Below, piece after piece: positions 46,571 through 60,859 of a DNA stretch of 64,000 nucleotides. This DNA is from Dipteris shenzhenensis (taxonomy: Eukaryota), in NCBI GenBank assembly GCA_047967505.1, contig CM106538.1. One strand, written 5' to 3'. How positions within the stretch are numbered: the first letter of the stretch is position 1; every line of letters begins with the position of its first letter. The notes below the pieces were generated by a model. The model had not been told where the DNA came from. It searched no databases and was given only the letters and a program-made list of their open reading frames with translations. A program made the position numbers and the translations under genes.

Positions 46571-49500
46571 CTGCACGAAGGGAAATATGATGTCAAGAAG
46601 TGTCCAATATACAACCACTACCACAATAAATAAAGTATTTTGAAGGAAGCACCACAAACAAGAGAAATAGACACAAGGCTAGAGAGACACATCCATACCT
46701 AAGCCAGCATTGACCAAAAGTAGCAAAAGGGAGTAGCCAGGCTCATCCAATGGGGGGGGCAAACCCTCATCAAGTACTTGGAAGCCAACATTGCCTTACC
46801 TTGTAAGGCATTAAAGAGCTCTGCAAAACCCTAGTGCTTCATCTGAAGCCGTTTATGCCCAATATAGTTCAACGTACTCAGCAAGCTTTGTCAATGATCA
46901 AAAAATCCTTGATAGCATCCTTCAAATTTTGGGATGTGACTTCTTATTTTCAAGATACACAGAGAGACGTTGATAGGTCAATAAATGTAGTAAGCTCTTG
47001 TGCACTGTACATAATAAGGGGTAGGCACATAGATATGCACTTTTATGTTTTGGTCTGGGTTATGGGATACCAGAGACTACTTTTGGAGCTATGATGAATG
47101 GCTGTATATATTTCAAGATAAATTTAAAAATGTTTTTTTGCAGGGGTACATGGAAAATGATGAGAAGCAGTGTGGGTACACCCATATCCAAGCATTTGTG
47201 GTATCCAATGTGACGAAGTTTTTGTGTGTAATTGGATGATTTTTTTTCATTTATTCACACTGCATTTTGGGTTTTCTTTGTCATGGGTGATATCAAAAAT
47301 TGAGGATGGATACGAGTCTTACTATGTGTCAGCATTGGGTCAAAAATTATGGTTGGTTGTGATTTTTCTTGGGTTTGAAGGAATGTGCATTGAATGCGTG
47401 TGGGGCATTAATTGCTTGGTGTATGTTTTTTGGGAAGGGGAAAAGAGATTGGTTTAATGCATGAGATGAGGTGGCCAGAAAATGTAGGAGTTCTGCATGG
47501 ATGTGCAAGTTGGCTACGTGATAAGGTGAAATGCTCAAAGGAAGAGGGGAGCTGCCATGTTACGTGGTGGAAGATTTCTAGAGTTTCCAAAAGGGTGATG
47601 GATCCGTGGCTGTCTCAAGGAGGGGGTTGGCATGCAAATGGAGGGGAGAGCCTAACATCGTAGGAGAGAAGAAGTGCGAAGGGAGAAGAAAGAAGAGTCG
47701 TAGCAAAGAAACGTAGTTCAGCGTGACGTCCTTTTCTTCTTCAACGATGGAGTTCTAAGGGAATTGGACTCATCGTGAGGGTAGTGAAGGCTGGTTGTTG
47801 ATTGTGATTCGTTCTAAGGGAACTGAACGACTTCTTTGCGATGCGTTCTTGTTGTTGTGATCATTTGCTGATTTGATCGTGGGACATTTCCTGAGAAGAA
47901 GGCTTGAGTGACATGCTAGTTCACAACAATGGTTTCACGATCGAAGGAAAAATGTTCGTGCTGTTGAATTGAAAGGTGCTCCTACGTCATTCTCTGATTG
48001 ACTCTGATTTCCTAATAGTAAGAGAGAAGAACGCTTTGCTGTTGGTGTCTTTCGTTCGTTGGTGTGGCGTGAGAACGATCAATATGCCAATTGATTGATC
48101 AAATTGCGTTGAGACAAGAGTTTGCCAGGTTTTTGGCTGATTTACTAGATTTGAGAGTTCATTTGAGATTCTCCTTGGCTGGAAGCTTGATCGCTGACTT
48201 ATGTTCGTCATTAAAAGAGTTTTTGCTGGCTCCATGTGCAATTTGGTCTAAGACAAGAAGACATCTGTGAAGCAATACGTGGTTGGTTCCTAATGCAGAT
48301 ACAGACAGACTTTTCCCAATGAGCTGTGGGTTCATTTCCTATATTTTTCTGTTTCTTGTGCTGTCAGAAGTGCTCGTGGGTGTTACGTTATCCTGAGATT
48401 GCTATCTATTTTGTAATTGGTGATTCGTGGGTCTTCTGCTTTGTGTCTGGGAATGATTGCAATGAGCTTGTGTATGACACGATTCCTATATTTAGATCCA
48501 TGCTTTAGATGGTGTGTTAGGCTACTATCTCTTGGAGCCAGTACACACTGAAGTTCTGATTCCATGATTGCCCCGGCCCCAATATCTTCCAGTCTGAAGA
48601 TTATCTATTGTTTTTTTAGCCATGTTCCTCTTTTGTTTTATCAACGTCATTTCAAGAAGTCCTCCAGCACAAGTTGGCATTTAGACAGTCATGTTATGTC
48701 TTTGCTCCAAACACCACGGAGTCAGCAATATCTCTAGCTTAAAATTATGCTCATGCATTTGACTGCTGGTATGTGGGGCATAGAGTGAAATTTTTGATAT
48801 CTCTATAGAGTCCCCTTTTTCCTTTGCAAGAGAAACTTTTACATCATGACTTGAAACAACATTAGTCTATCTTTTCTGACTAGAAGGAATGAGGAGCTAC
48901 TTCAGATTTCACACATGACATGGGATTGTACATTAGCCAAGAGGAATACTATGCTTCATACACCAAACTAGGACAACCTAATTTGGGCATTGATGTTGAT
49001 GTCAATTGAGTTCCTAAAGGCTCTTCAGTGTTAGAAATCAGAGTTTACAATACTTGCTTTATTTCACAATTTGGAAGACAAAACTGCACTTAACAACCTA
49101 GACAGGAAATTCGACATGAAGACACCCGATTTAGTGAAAGACAAATTCCAAGAAATCCAATCATCCCTACTAGGCTTGTCGTGGCAGTACAAAACTCTTC
49201 TCAACAATGAAATAACTAATCACTAAAGACTCTAAATGGTGCTGCTCACAAGCTGAATAAAAGGGTCACCACACAGGCTCATAACAATTGATAAAAGCTG
49301 CACACAGCAGACAAAAGTTGATGGACATGAGCTCTACAAGCTCCACACACACACCTTGCAGTAAAGGTGACACAGAGTCACTAAAGACCAACACATGGTA
49401 AATCCCAACACTAGCAGCTCTTGTACGCCATCCTTCCACCTTTTGTAAACTCTTTCCTAGACATACAGTTTGGTCTATGGCTTTGGGTGCCAGAGGAGAA

Positions 49501-49614
49501 ACCTGCATTTCAGTTTCAGATTCTTGTCTTCCTCTGGTGGTTGGACATAGTATCATCTCACAATCTAGGTTATCGTGGATTCTATTGTTGATTGGAGGGT
49601 ATAAGGTTGGTCCT

Positions 49615-52600
49615 GCTCTGTCCTCTGAGTAAGGATCTGCATCTGTCAATCCTGCCCTGGGAGAGCTTATGCTCCTGGATAAGCACAATGTCTGGAGGGG
49701 ACCCTGAGGAAATAAACCGAAGGGAGTCCCTAAGCAACTGCAATCTAAGAGCACCCAATCTACGACCATCTGCATCTGAGGTAAATCTGCGGCCGTTCAG
49801 TCCTCTCACATTCCATGAAATGATGGACAACCTAGACATCAGATGGAAGTGAGGGGGTGCCAGTGGCACCGACACAAATCTCTATCTGACGGCGCAATCC
49901 AAAGTCGCGGTCTCTCTGATCAAACTCTCTGATCAAACTCCAAATCTGCCCCAACTCATGTGAAATGGCTCCATCCAAGGGAATAGTACTCTGGCGCAAA
50001 CTGAGGAGCTGAAAGTCAAACCAACCAGCACTCCTGGGCAAATCAAAGTCTCCTTTAACCTCAAAGAACAGAAATAGAGAGGCCCTGCCACCGAAGCCAC
50101 GTCGGAGAGTCCTAGGGCATGAATGAATCTGCGAGCCGACAATACAGTGAACCGGTGAGATTTGAGTCATGCTCATGAGCTGTCTAGCAATCTCGCTGTC
50201 AAGTAACTCAGTTGACCAGCTTTCACTCCCCCGAGATCAAAGCTGCCTGCGGAGAAACGAAGAATGTGCCCCTCTCTCTCGAGAGTAACAGATCCCAAGT
50301 ACTCTACCTCCTCTGACCATCAGCAAAACACCGGGAGAAGTTCCAATCGGGTGAGGGAGTCTATGGTAACCCCTCGAGCCAAAAAGGGCCAAAACTAAAC
50401 GGGCAGATCTCTGTCAACCATCCTGGGGTCAGGTCTAGGAGCCAAAAGAGCTGAAAAGGGCTGAGCCTTCCTAACTCTGCTCCTGGAATAGGTGAGAGGA
50501 AGAGAAAGAATATGCGACGAGGTGCCTGTCAGCGTGGGTGACTGATAATCTCGCTCGATCTCATCTGCTAGGATCTCCCAATCCTCACGCCTGTCTAGGT
50601 ATATTGAGCAAAATCTCTGACCGCACCCGCAAAAGATCTGGATAAACCAAGAGTGAAAAGCTGCGAGGACGAGGCTGTACTAGGAGGGGTGTCTAAAAGG
50701 ACGCTCCGCATAGCAACAAAGGAAGGTACTGTGCGACGGGGAAGAGAAAGAGTTCTCGAGGGAACCTCGTACAAGTGCATGAGATCCTGAAACGGGCTCT
50801 GACTCTGACATGTGTCGTAAAATACCACTCTCTCAATCGACTGCTAGGAAGAGGCATCCATCACAGTAACTGCAGCCCTGAGCAGTCTCCTGCTGGATAA
50901 CTGTCTCAAGAACAAATATCTGAACCTTTGGGGTAGTAGTGTCAAGAGTCATCAAATCCTGAGCTATAGTTTCCTGCACAATGTCGTGACCTGCCTGCGG
51001 ATGGTTCGCATCTCCCCTTTCGGCGGTCGTCTCCTGCACATGTGTCTCAACTCCCTGAGCTACCGTCTCCTGCACAGTGTCATGACCTGCCTGCGGATGG
51101 TCCTCTGCATCTCCCCTTTCCAGGGTCTCTTGCACATGTGTCTCAACTCTCTGCCATCTCTAAGCTCGTACTTGGGGCTGCTCGTGCTGCTGGCTCTCCC
51201 TCTGTCTCCGTCTCCTCCGAGCTCTCTGTGCAAGCTGTACCACTAGAGGCACCTCAAAGTCCTTTGAGTCCACTGGAGACTCTCTCGGACGAGTCTCCTC
51301 TCGCTCTGCAGAATGAGTCAAAGCAGGCTCAGGGACCCCTAAAGGCTGAACTGTAGGCTCTGGGTCACCCGTAGGATGAGATGGATCCTGAGTCCCTGAA
51401 CGAGGCCGACGACTGGGGCAATCCCTAATAAAGTAACCTCTCTTCCGACAGAAAAGACACTGATCAGGATGACCCTCGTACAAAACCCTCTGCTGAATCT
51501 GGACCCCATCTCCCATGGAGTACGAAATCAAAGTGGGCAAAGGTCGAGGAGGGGGGAACTCTGAAGTGAGCCTGACCCTCGTAACACCTGTACCAGCAAG
51601 TGACTGAGCATAGGAAAGTCTAGCACCTGATGGGATGACTGTACCTGCCACACTAGCCATATGCTCCACAGCTCTACGACAAGAGCTGACCTCATCAGGA
51701 AGTCTAGGGAAAAGCATCCAAAAAGAGACCTGTCGCGGTCCTGGGGAAGTAGCACTGAAGTGCTTCCGCCAAGGCCACAAATGGATGACTCTGCTCTGAA
51801 ACTGAATCGGAGAGCTCATAAGTACTCTTTGAGCTTGCTCTACAGATTGAAGGCCAAAAGAAAAGTACCCTCTACCAAGCAATCGGAAAACCGTAACTGA
51901 GACACCCAATGAGGCCATATTGGTGTACACCCAATCACGTAACTGTTGGCCTCTACCGGGTAGAAAGCCAATGATGTGTGTCAAACGAAAACCCTCCTCT
52001 GCTGCCTCAATCATCTGCACAATGTCGGGAGGAAAAGAAACTGTGACTTCAATCTCCTCAGGTTCGGCGACGGGAGTGGCATTAGTGCCCTCCATTGTCT
52101 GAGCTTGCGTTGTCCTGAGGGGAGGAGCTACCTCTGCTGAAAATACCCACCAAGAACTCGCAACCAACCACTAGTCAATCCCCAAGAACTTGGTTGAATG
52201 CCCCAAACTTCAACCTGCGTGGGATAGCAAAATGAGGATCAAACCCAAGCCTGAAAACAGGCCGTTCAATGCTGAAGCAAAAACTCCACCAATGCCCTGG
52301 AAACACGAGCAGCAACAGCCCCGGAGAGGGCCCTGAAGCAGCCCAGCCTGAAGCGCAAAAGGAGGGGCGGACAGCAGCTGCAGGAACGGCTTGAATGGCG
52401 GCGATGGGTTGGTGGCCTGAAAGGCGGCCTGGATGGCGGCCTGAAGGAGGGGCGACCTGAAGGGCAAGGGGGGCGACCTACAAGGGGGGTGCGGCCAAGA
52501 GAGCAGGGCACGGCCAGACGGGCTAGGTGATGGTGACGGGGTAGTGGCGGGCAGCTGCAGACGGGAGCTCCTTCCGTTTCGAGAATCCCGCTTTTCCAAA
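49615..52600 (-). mobile_element. LINE 5' half (ORF1 and endonuclease N-terminus)
   Basis: ORF1 LLGRGYF, FPRLP, YEGHPDQCLFCRKRGY; endonuclease SIISWNVRGLNG...DIVLIQEHKL, truncated at about 49615. Confidence 0.85.
50957..51148. repeat. Two copies of a unit of about 96 bp inside LINE ORF1
   Basis: Repeated peptide ERGDA.HPQAGHD.VQET.AQ. Confidence 0.85.
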
Positions 52601-52715
52601 CCTCCAAGAGAGAAGTTCCTTCCTAAATAGGACACGATCCCCTCTATTGTTAGGGGCATATAGGTTGATAGGACCAACCTTATACCCTCCAATCAACAAT
52701 AGAATCCACAGTAAC

Positions 52716-53580
52716 CACAATACAGGATCTTTGGGCGAGACATTATGCACAGGTTTGATTTGTCTCATCCCAAAAGGGGGAGACAAGACAGTCCTACGCA
52801 ATTGGAGACCCATTACACTTCTAGGGACAGCCTACAAGATCCTAGCGAAGACCTTGGCTCTTCGCTTAAAGCCTTTGCTGCCAGATATCATCAGAGCTAC
52901 TCAGACAGGATTTGTCCAAGATCGGAGTATCTTGGATAACATCTTCACCTTTTGGGAGGCCACTCACTGGGCGCAGGAGAGTCAGCAGGAGATTGCAGTT
53001 CTTCTTCTTGATTTTGAGAAGCCTTATGACAGGGTGGACTAGGGTTTCTTGGAGGGCACTATGAGGAGGCTAGGCTTCAGTGATAGATGGATTTCATGGG
53101 TCTCCTCACTCTACTCTCACTCTTCTAGCAAGATGGTGGTCTGTGGAGGCAGAGGACCGGCTTTTCAGCTATCCAAATCAGTACGACAGGGATGCCCGGA
53201 CAGGGATGCCCGCTTGCACCTTACCTTTTCCTTTTCGTAGCAGAGGCTATGGGATACTTTATGCAGGCTACCAATCATGGCACTTTGGGCCTTCATCTGC
53301 CTATCCGGCAGGAGCAGGAGCTTCTGGACACTAAGTTTGCTCATGACACTGCACTGACACTCAGAGGAGATGCATATAGTCTTGCTACTGCTGCGGACTC
53401 AATTGACAAGTTCTGCCTAGCCTCAGGGGGACTTGTCAATTGGAACAAATCAAAAGGCATCTGGACTGGAGCTCAGCAGGATACCCCAGCATGGGGAGGA
53501 GACAGAGGCTTTGTGTGGATACCCAGAGGCACCTCCACAAGATATCTAGGCTTCCAAGTTGGCATTGAGGCTCTCCCAAA
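52716..53580 (+). mobile_element. LINE RT fragment
   Basis: WRPITLLGTAYKILAK, LLLDFEKPYDRVD, SVRQGCP, FAHD (degenerate YADD) and RYLGFQVG motifs. Confidence 0.9.
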
Positions 53581-56500
53581 TGTATTCATCTCCATATCCA
53601 TTGCCTCTGGTGTACAATCCGGTTGAGAGTTGTGGTGCCATGAGCACATATTAGAGGCTAAGGTATGGTATAGGAAAGAATTAAAGTAGCCACCCTAGGA
53701 TGTGGACTACATGATGTGGAGATGTGGATCAAGGATATCCACAAGGAGAAATGTGGGATGAGAGGATCCCACATGTGTTGACTATTCTAAAGGCTCTCTC
53801 TATATAAGAAGCCTATCTTTGTATTGTTCAAGTACACATTGCAATAGATTGAGTGTTTGTGATACAAACTCTATCTCTACCGAAAGAAACTCTATTCCCT
53901 TGTTGACACAGATCATGGGCGATGGCAACTGCATTTTCCTCCTAGCCTACTCTCGTAGATCACATGTGTTCTAATTAATTCGTTCTTTTCTTTTCCTCAT
54001 GCATATCCACGAGACCCTCATTTCCCTAGATAGTTCCCCTTGCCAAATGTCATCATTTTAGCCTTTCCACTTGGTGCACCATTTACCCCTCTCTTGGGCA
54101 CATTTAAAACCACTTGCCCCTTGGCATTATTGCACATTTAGGTGCACCTAGGCCGTAGCACTCAGAACTACCTAGTCAATGCCATTTCACCCTCACCTAG
54201 GACCTTGGCAGTTACTTCTCTTGACCGTTTCAGTTACGCACATTAACTATTACAAAAGTTGGTCATCTAAGAGAAAATGCCCACCGATCTTTCCGAGGTC
54301 ATGCTATCTCGGCTAGAGCATAACATTCCTTCCCTCTTCAAGCATCAGCGTCCTCGATGATGAAATCTGGGAACACTCTCCGTAACTGGTATACGGATTC
54401 CCAAGTAGCTTCCGATAGAGGCTGACCATGCCATGCAACCAACACCGTGGGTATCTTCCGATTTCGTATTTGCATTGTTCCTCGGTCCAGGATTCTTGTT
54501 GCCTTGCGCCTTGCAATATCCTCTATCTCTTGAAAAAAAACCACACCTTCGATTAGTGAGTCACCTGTATGCAAAAATTTCTTTAAACGCGAAACATGAA
54601 AAACCGGGTGCACCTTACACCCCTGTGGCAATTCTAATTTATAGGCTACACTGCCTATTCTCTTTAGAATTAACCACGGCCCACAGTATCGAGGTGATAA
54701 CTTAGCACACTCTCCTGAAGTCAACGACTTTGAGTGCGAAGGAACTCTAAGAAAAACTTTTTCTCCTTCCTTAAATACTCTTATAGACCGGTTTTCATCC
54801 GCATATACCTTGGCTCTATCCATAGCCTGGCGGATATTAGCTCTCGCAAATGCTAGCATCTCCCGCATCTGAACTACAAAGTTCGCGGCACTAGGCACTT
54901 TCTGAGGTACTCCAACCATAGTTGGATTGGCCGGTCTATAACCATAGTTAGCCTCAATGACACATATGCCCTCAGCATATCCTTTAAAGTTTGGTTGACT
55001 CTCTCCGTCTGACCATCCGTCTCGGGATGATCCCCACTACTCATTCCTAACTCAGTCCTTAGTGTCTCAAATACCGCCGTCCAAAAATGACCGGTAAATC
55101 TGACATCTCGGTCTGACACTATGGATCTAGGCAATCCATGCAGACGAAATATATGTCTAATGAACAAATCCGCCACTTGCGGGGCACTAACACACTCTCT
55201 AATCGTAATGAAGTGAGCCATCTTGGTTAGACGATCAACCACCACAAGGATAGAATCATACCCTCCTTGTGTCGTAGGCAGCCCTACAATAAAGTCCATG
55301 GAAATGCTCTCCCACTTACTTAGTGGTATTTCCAAGGGCTGTAAAAGTCCGGGTGGCTTCACCCGCTCGACCTTACTTACCTGACATGAGAAACACCGTG
55401 TCACATATTCATGAATATGCTTTTTCATCTTTGGCCAAAAGAAATCTCATTTCACGAGATTATATGTCTTCTCGACTCCTGGATGTCCCGCACACGGGCT
55501 ATCATGGCACTGTCGAATGACTCTCTGCCTGAGATCATTCTGACCAGGTACTACAACGTTGTCATTTCTAACTAGCATACCATCCCTTATGGTATATCTT
55601 GCATAAGTTTGGCCTTTTCTGGATGCCAGGTCATCCTTTTCATTTTCCCTGGGTTTTAACACATGAGCTTTAGGCCACAAGCTCTGGACAAACTCGTCCA
55701 CTTTTTTAATATCACTGGCGAAGCAAAAGGTAAGAAACTTGGTTGAATCTGCCCCAACTTGAGGTATTCTTCCAGTTGTCTACGCACCTCTGCCTCTTCG
55801 GTAAAACTCATTCTATAGGGAGATCTATTTACAGGTTCTGCCCCCGGGATCAGTTCAATCTTATGCTGAACTTTCCGCTCTGGAGGTAAAACAATCAGAG
55901 AACTCCTCTGTTATAAGATTGGCCAGCTTGGCCATCTCACCACTTTGCGTAACATCAGTGCTAGCCGAAGAGTCATCAACCGGCTCTACCGATGCTGTGC
56001 AAAGGAATAAAAACTCTACTTGAGCTTTTCTGATTTCCATCACGGAAACCAACGGTCCCTGAGGTATATCTTTTTCACCTCGCAAGACATAAAGCATATC
56101 ATTCATCTTGAATTGATATACGTGCTTTTTCCAATCAATGGCTGGATTCTTCCTAGAATGCCACGCCATACCCAGGGCTATATCTGCATGAGCAAGCTTG
56201 GTCATTTCAAAATCAAGCTTCTCAGCATAGTCCTGAATCCGAAGCTCCAACTGGGTAACCCTTTGGTCCCATACTTCAGTTGAACTTTCGTCTGCCATCC
56301 TGACTGTATACGCATAGTCAGATGGACTTGTCTTTAATTTCAGCCTCTTCACGAGCTTGGAGTTAATCACGTTGTGAGTTGACGCCGAGTCAAACAACAC
56401 AATGACATCATGATTGGCCACTTGCCCTTTCATTTTAATTAACTCCGTATCATTAAAAGCCGTATACCCCGTTGCTGCGGGCTTAGATAGGATGTTATCA

Positions 56501-59460
56501 GGTGCACTCGTCACTAACTTAGCAACAGATACACATAACAAACAAGGTACTAACCTCTGAGAAGGTCCCGCCAGTTGCATCTGCATATGTTCCGCATTGG
56601 GACTCTCCTGCATTTCCACGTCGCATTCAGATATTATCATATTAGCCGTGCGACGGTCTTTATTCAGTGGACAATCCTTCCACTGATGTCGGTGAAGGCA
56701 GCCGAAGCACAATCCTTCTTTTCTAGCTTTCTCTTTTTGTTCAGGGGTCAATGAGGACTTTGACCAAGCCCGGGCTGCCATTGGAGTTATTTTCCTTTTC
56801 ACCCCAACAGTGGTACTTGCTTTTACTGGTCCCTCAACCGGCTTCACCTGCTTGGTTTGGCCACTTGGCTGCGAGACACTTGTCTTTGAAATCCATTTCC
56901 TCTGAAATCCCCCTTTTTTCGGGTACTCATACTGAGTCCCTGCCTGCACAAATCCACCAGATCTGCCCCTGGCATCCTCATAGTTCAGGGCTACTGCAAT
57001 AGATTCATCTAATGTAGTCACATATTTAGCCTGAACTTCCATTTTGATTTTGTCGTTCAGTCCATAGATATAGTCTTTTAACTGAACCGACATAGGGAGA
57101 GGGTTTGTTATTTTCACGACACATTCCCTGAATTTGTCGGTGTACTCTGCCACCGACAGACTCCTCTGACGAAGATTTCTATAAGCATCCCAAGCTCAGG
57201 ACTCTTCATCAGGTGGGAGAAAGTGTTTCTTAAATTCAGCTTTAAACCCTTCCCAGGTGGTAGGAGCAACTTGATCCTTCTGTTGCTTTATCCACCATCT
57301 ATCCGCTGCCTCAATAAACAGGTGTGTGGCCTCACGGATTTTCTTTAGATCAGATCTAATTTCACAAATGGCGAAGGCTTCTTCCCACTTGTGTAACCAA
57401 ACCTCAATCACATCAGAGCTGCGCTCGGTCATCCGACCAGCGTACTTCTCCGGTCTATAATTAGCAATATTAGGCACTTTGACCCTTGCGCGCTCTAATG
57501 AATGTATACTGGGCTCTGGCTCTACTGGAGCTTTGCCCTTATCAATTCTAGACGGTCTAGCCAACAAGGCTTGTACCATCTCCCTGATCTCATTCTGACC
57601 AGCATTCACTTGAAGCTGTTGGTTCATAATCTGCTGTAAAGCACTTCTAATATCGAAATCCTACCGATCAAAGTAGGTGCTGTGTGATGTGACATCTGTT
57701 GTGTAGACTGTACTCTAGACTCACTAGGATTCACCCTAGAATTCTGTCCTTCTGCCTCCATAGTTTCACAATGGAAAATGGTTTTTTTTTTTTTCAGTCT
57801 TTTCTAGAACCCAAATAAAAGATATATATATACACTTTTTTTTCTATTCTGCTTTCCTGTTTTTCTTTCTCCTGCGCCCTAAACCCCCAATTATAAAATA
57901 CTTTGAACGTTCCTTTTACGGTGCAGAAATAACAGGACCATATATAAAAACTGTAGCGAAAGAAGGTGCTCCCTGATTTCTCCTCGAAATTTCGATTGGT
58001 CCTCTTTGTCGTATTTATCTCTGGTTCATTTTTTTTAAATATATATCCCGAGTTCAACGATCGGGTTTTAACCACAATCTTTTCCTTCCACCGTTAAAGA
58101 TACCAAAGCGCCTCTGATACGCGTCGGTTCACCTGCGACCTTCTGGACCTGTAATGTCAATTAGGTACGAAAAACTGGCAGACAATGGCGATGACGACTC
58201 TTCCTGTTTTTCTTGTTACACCGTCAATCACCCAGGACCTCTGTAAGCTATAGATGACAGCGTTCTGATAGAGGGAGGCCTGCATAAATGAACGTAAGTG
58301 CTCGTCAACCAGGTCCCGTCCCGTACAGTCTTCGTTACGTCAACTATGACCCTAGGCCTTCGTTCCGTTTCACCTCCTAATATCTACACGCATTCGTCCG
58401 TCAAAATCCCACAAGGTAGATTATCCGCTGACTAAAAGATGTCCCGTACTCGTCGACGGACCACGTTCCTTCCTGTGGCTTCGTATTTATCTGGTCAGCC
58501 ACCAAGTACCGATGTCGAAGGACCGTATGAGATCTCCGTCAAGATAGTCTACGCCAAACAATACGTAGGCCAATTTGTCTGTCGTCACCACGTTACACCA
58601 ACAGTCAGTCCGTCAATTTGGCGCTGAGGTCGTTCGACGATCCCACTTCCATCTCCTTCGTAGCCTCGGCTCTGATACCAACTGATACAAACTCTATCTC
58701 TACTAAAAGAAACTCTGTTCCCTTGTTGACACAGATCACGGGTGATGGCAACTGCATTTTCCTCCCAGCCTACTCTCGTAGATCACATGTGTTCTAATTA
58801 ATTCGTTCTTTTCTTTTCCTCATGCATATCCACGAGACCCTCATTTCCCTAGATAGTTCCCCTTGCCAAATGTCATCATTTTAGCCTTTCCACTTGGTGC
58901 ACCATTTACCCCTCTCTTGGGGCACATTTAAAACCACTTGCCCCTTGGTATTATTACACATTTAGGTGCACCTAGGCCTTAGCACTCAGAACTACCTAGT
59001 CAATGCCATTTCACCCTCACCTAGGACCTTGGCAGTTACTTCTCTTGACCGTTTCATTTACGCACATTAACTATTACAAAAGTTGGTCATCTAAGAGAAA
59101 ATGCCCACCGATCTTTCCGAGGTCATGCTATCTCGGCTAGAGCATAACAGTTTGCTACCCTATGTCTCTCTTGTGGTGCTTTGATCCTCCTTAATCCCTC
59201 ACTTTGTCATGGTATTAGAGCTCCGAGCTTGCCTTTCGCTGAGGCATTGTGATTCGTGAGAGAGATTGAGCGATCGAGTGTTTTCATTCTTTCATTTTGT
59301 TGATGAGAGAAATTTCCATCCATTTGCATTCATGAGAGATTGAGAGATTTCCGTTAATCTCCTTTGCTCATTCTTGAGAGATTTCCTTTGCATGAGAGTA
59401 GTGAGAGTTCTTATTCCATTCATTTCATTCCAGAGATAGACATGGGCCACTTTGACAGAT
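53581..59460 (+). mobile_element. Truncated LTR retrotransposon 5' end (LTR split by the gypsy insertion)
   Basis: LTR-like segments at 53581-53859 (TATA-like tatataa) and 59155-59209 ending in CA; PBS tggtattagagc at 59210-59221, then a leader. The left boundary is inferred from where LINE homology stops. Confidence 0.7.
53860..59149 (-). mobile_element. Ty3/gypsy chromovirus lacking RT/RNase H, 5290 bp
   Basis: LTRs at 53860-54325 and 58683-59149; TSD GTTTG; PBS tggtatcagagc at 58669-58680; PPT at 54326-54336; gag with CFGCLHRHQWKDC; protease LFDSASTHN; integrase SMDFIVGLP/SDRD/TDGQTER; chromodomain VLVAWHGQPLSEATWE. Confidence 0.96.
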
Positions 59461-60790
59461 TGCTGCCACCAGATTACTAATCATGAGAGCTATTCCTCAG
59501 CAGTGGAGGGATATACTCATAGATCCAGCCTATGTTCACCTCTACTTGGTCAGGTTGTTTTAGTGAGGCTGGGCTATGCATCGGAGTTCGTTTAGGACAG
59601 GCACCGTTTATTTATTTTGAGGCAGACTCCTCTCACAGATTGTATCCCACTCAGCCCTTGGATCGGCAGGAGCTCCTTTGGCAGAGAGTCGGGTCATTGG
59701 TTGCTTGGGTAAGGAATGGGCCACAGATCCTTCCAAGTTGACCATTGCAGAGGATACTAGATGGAGACTTTGGATTTTTTAGGGTCGACTTCTTGCGGAG
59801 CTTGACTGGGACCCAGGTGAGTGGGCATGGCCTGCTCCGGTGGCAGGCGATCGTCCTCTTTCCTTTTTCCAGTACTCGACGAGGGCAGGTTACAGGCTTC
59901 AGCAGAGAGACTCTCATCACCTACCATCTGCCTCCGAGCATTGGCACGCACAGGGACTTACTGCAGAGCTCTTGCTGAGCTACTGGACTCACTTTTGGGG
60001 CATCAGTAGAGCGAGGAAAGTCTCCTACTTTCTTTGGCTCACTATACATAGAGGCATACCTGTGGGTACTTGGCTTCAGCAGATGGGTAGACCCTCCTTG
60101 TGTATGCATTGTCAGCTTGCAGAGGAATCTAGCAAGCATTGTTTATGGAGCTGCCCCAGCTCTAGAGTGGTCTGGACAGGTATCTTCAGGTTGTTCTCAC
60201 ATGTTACATCCGAGTCCTTTCTGATGACATGGGGCGCTGCCCTTTGGGGGAGAGGATCTGGAGCCTTTACTCTCTTTGAGTCAGAGCTAGCAGACCACCG
60301 TTTCTTCATGTAGCGTCACCAGAGACGGGGTTCCACAGAGGCCAACATCATGGAGCCACAGGATTTGCTTTTGGTACCCGTACCAGCTCACGATTCCCTA
60401 CCTGCTTCAGCTGCAGGGTCAGCCTGGGAGGTCATTTCCAGCATTACCCTATGGCGGATATGGTGTTCACGATGTTCTTTTGTCCTTGGGGGCCATTTAT
60501 GCACGGAGGCTGACACTCTCGCTTCCATTTGGGCGGAGATGATCTTCACTCTCAGGAGTCAGTGGGAGCAGTGTACAGGCACCTCTTCGGCAGCTCGTGG
60601 GAGACTTATATCCTTCATGAGGACATGGGACTGCTCCTTGTTTTTTCATTTGACCCCTTTTGGGATGTCGTTGCATTTTAGACCACCACCATGGCTTTTT
60701 TGCCACATTTTTGAGGCTAGGGATAGAGTACTTTCTCTCCCCCCTGTTGTATGATTTGTTTTGAATGGAATATATCACTCTTTTACCAAA
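59460..60790 (+). mobile_element. LINE ORF2 C-terminal part, probably continuing 52716-53580
   Basis: RKVSYFLWLTIHRGIPVG, CMHCQLAEESSKHCLWSC and LWRIWCSRC motifs; homologous to the 3' part of family C. Confidence 0.85.
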
Positions 60791-60859
60791 CTTCTCTCTT
60801 GGGCCCCTAAAGCAAATTCATGGATCATAGGAGGTGGCTTTTATATGGGGGCATTGCCT

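Noticed and set aside
46800-46830. Candidate 31-nt RhoGAP mini-exon (GFAELFNALQ) with a phase-1 GTAAGG donor
   Set aside because: Phase-compatible, but the acceptor is weak and it is too short to support by eye.
47090-48590. Possible solo LTR
   Set aside because: Composition is LTR-like, but no TG..CA ends with a TSD could be identified.
49266-49775. 169-aa ORF as an upstream formin exon
   Set aside because: It spans a LINE junction, has no RhoGAP motif and no convincing donor.
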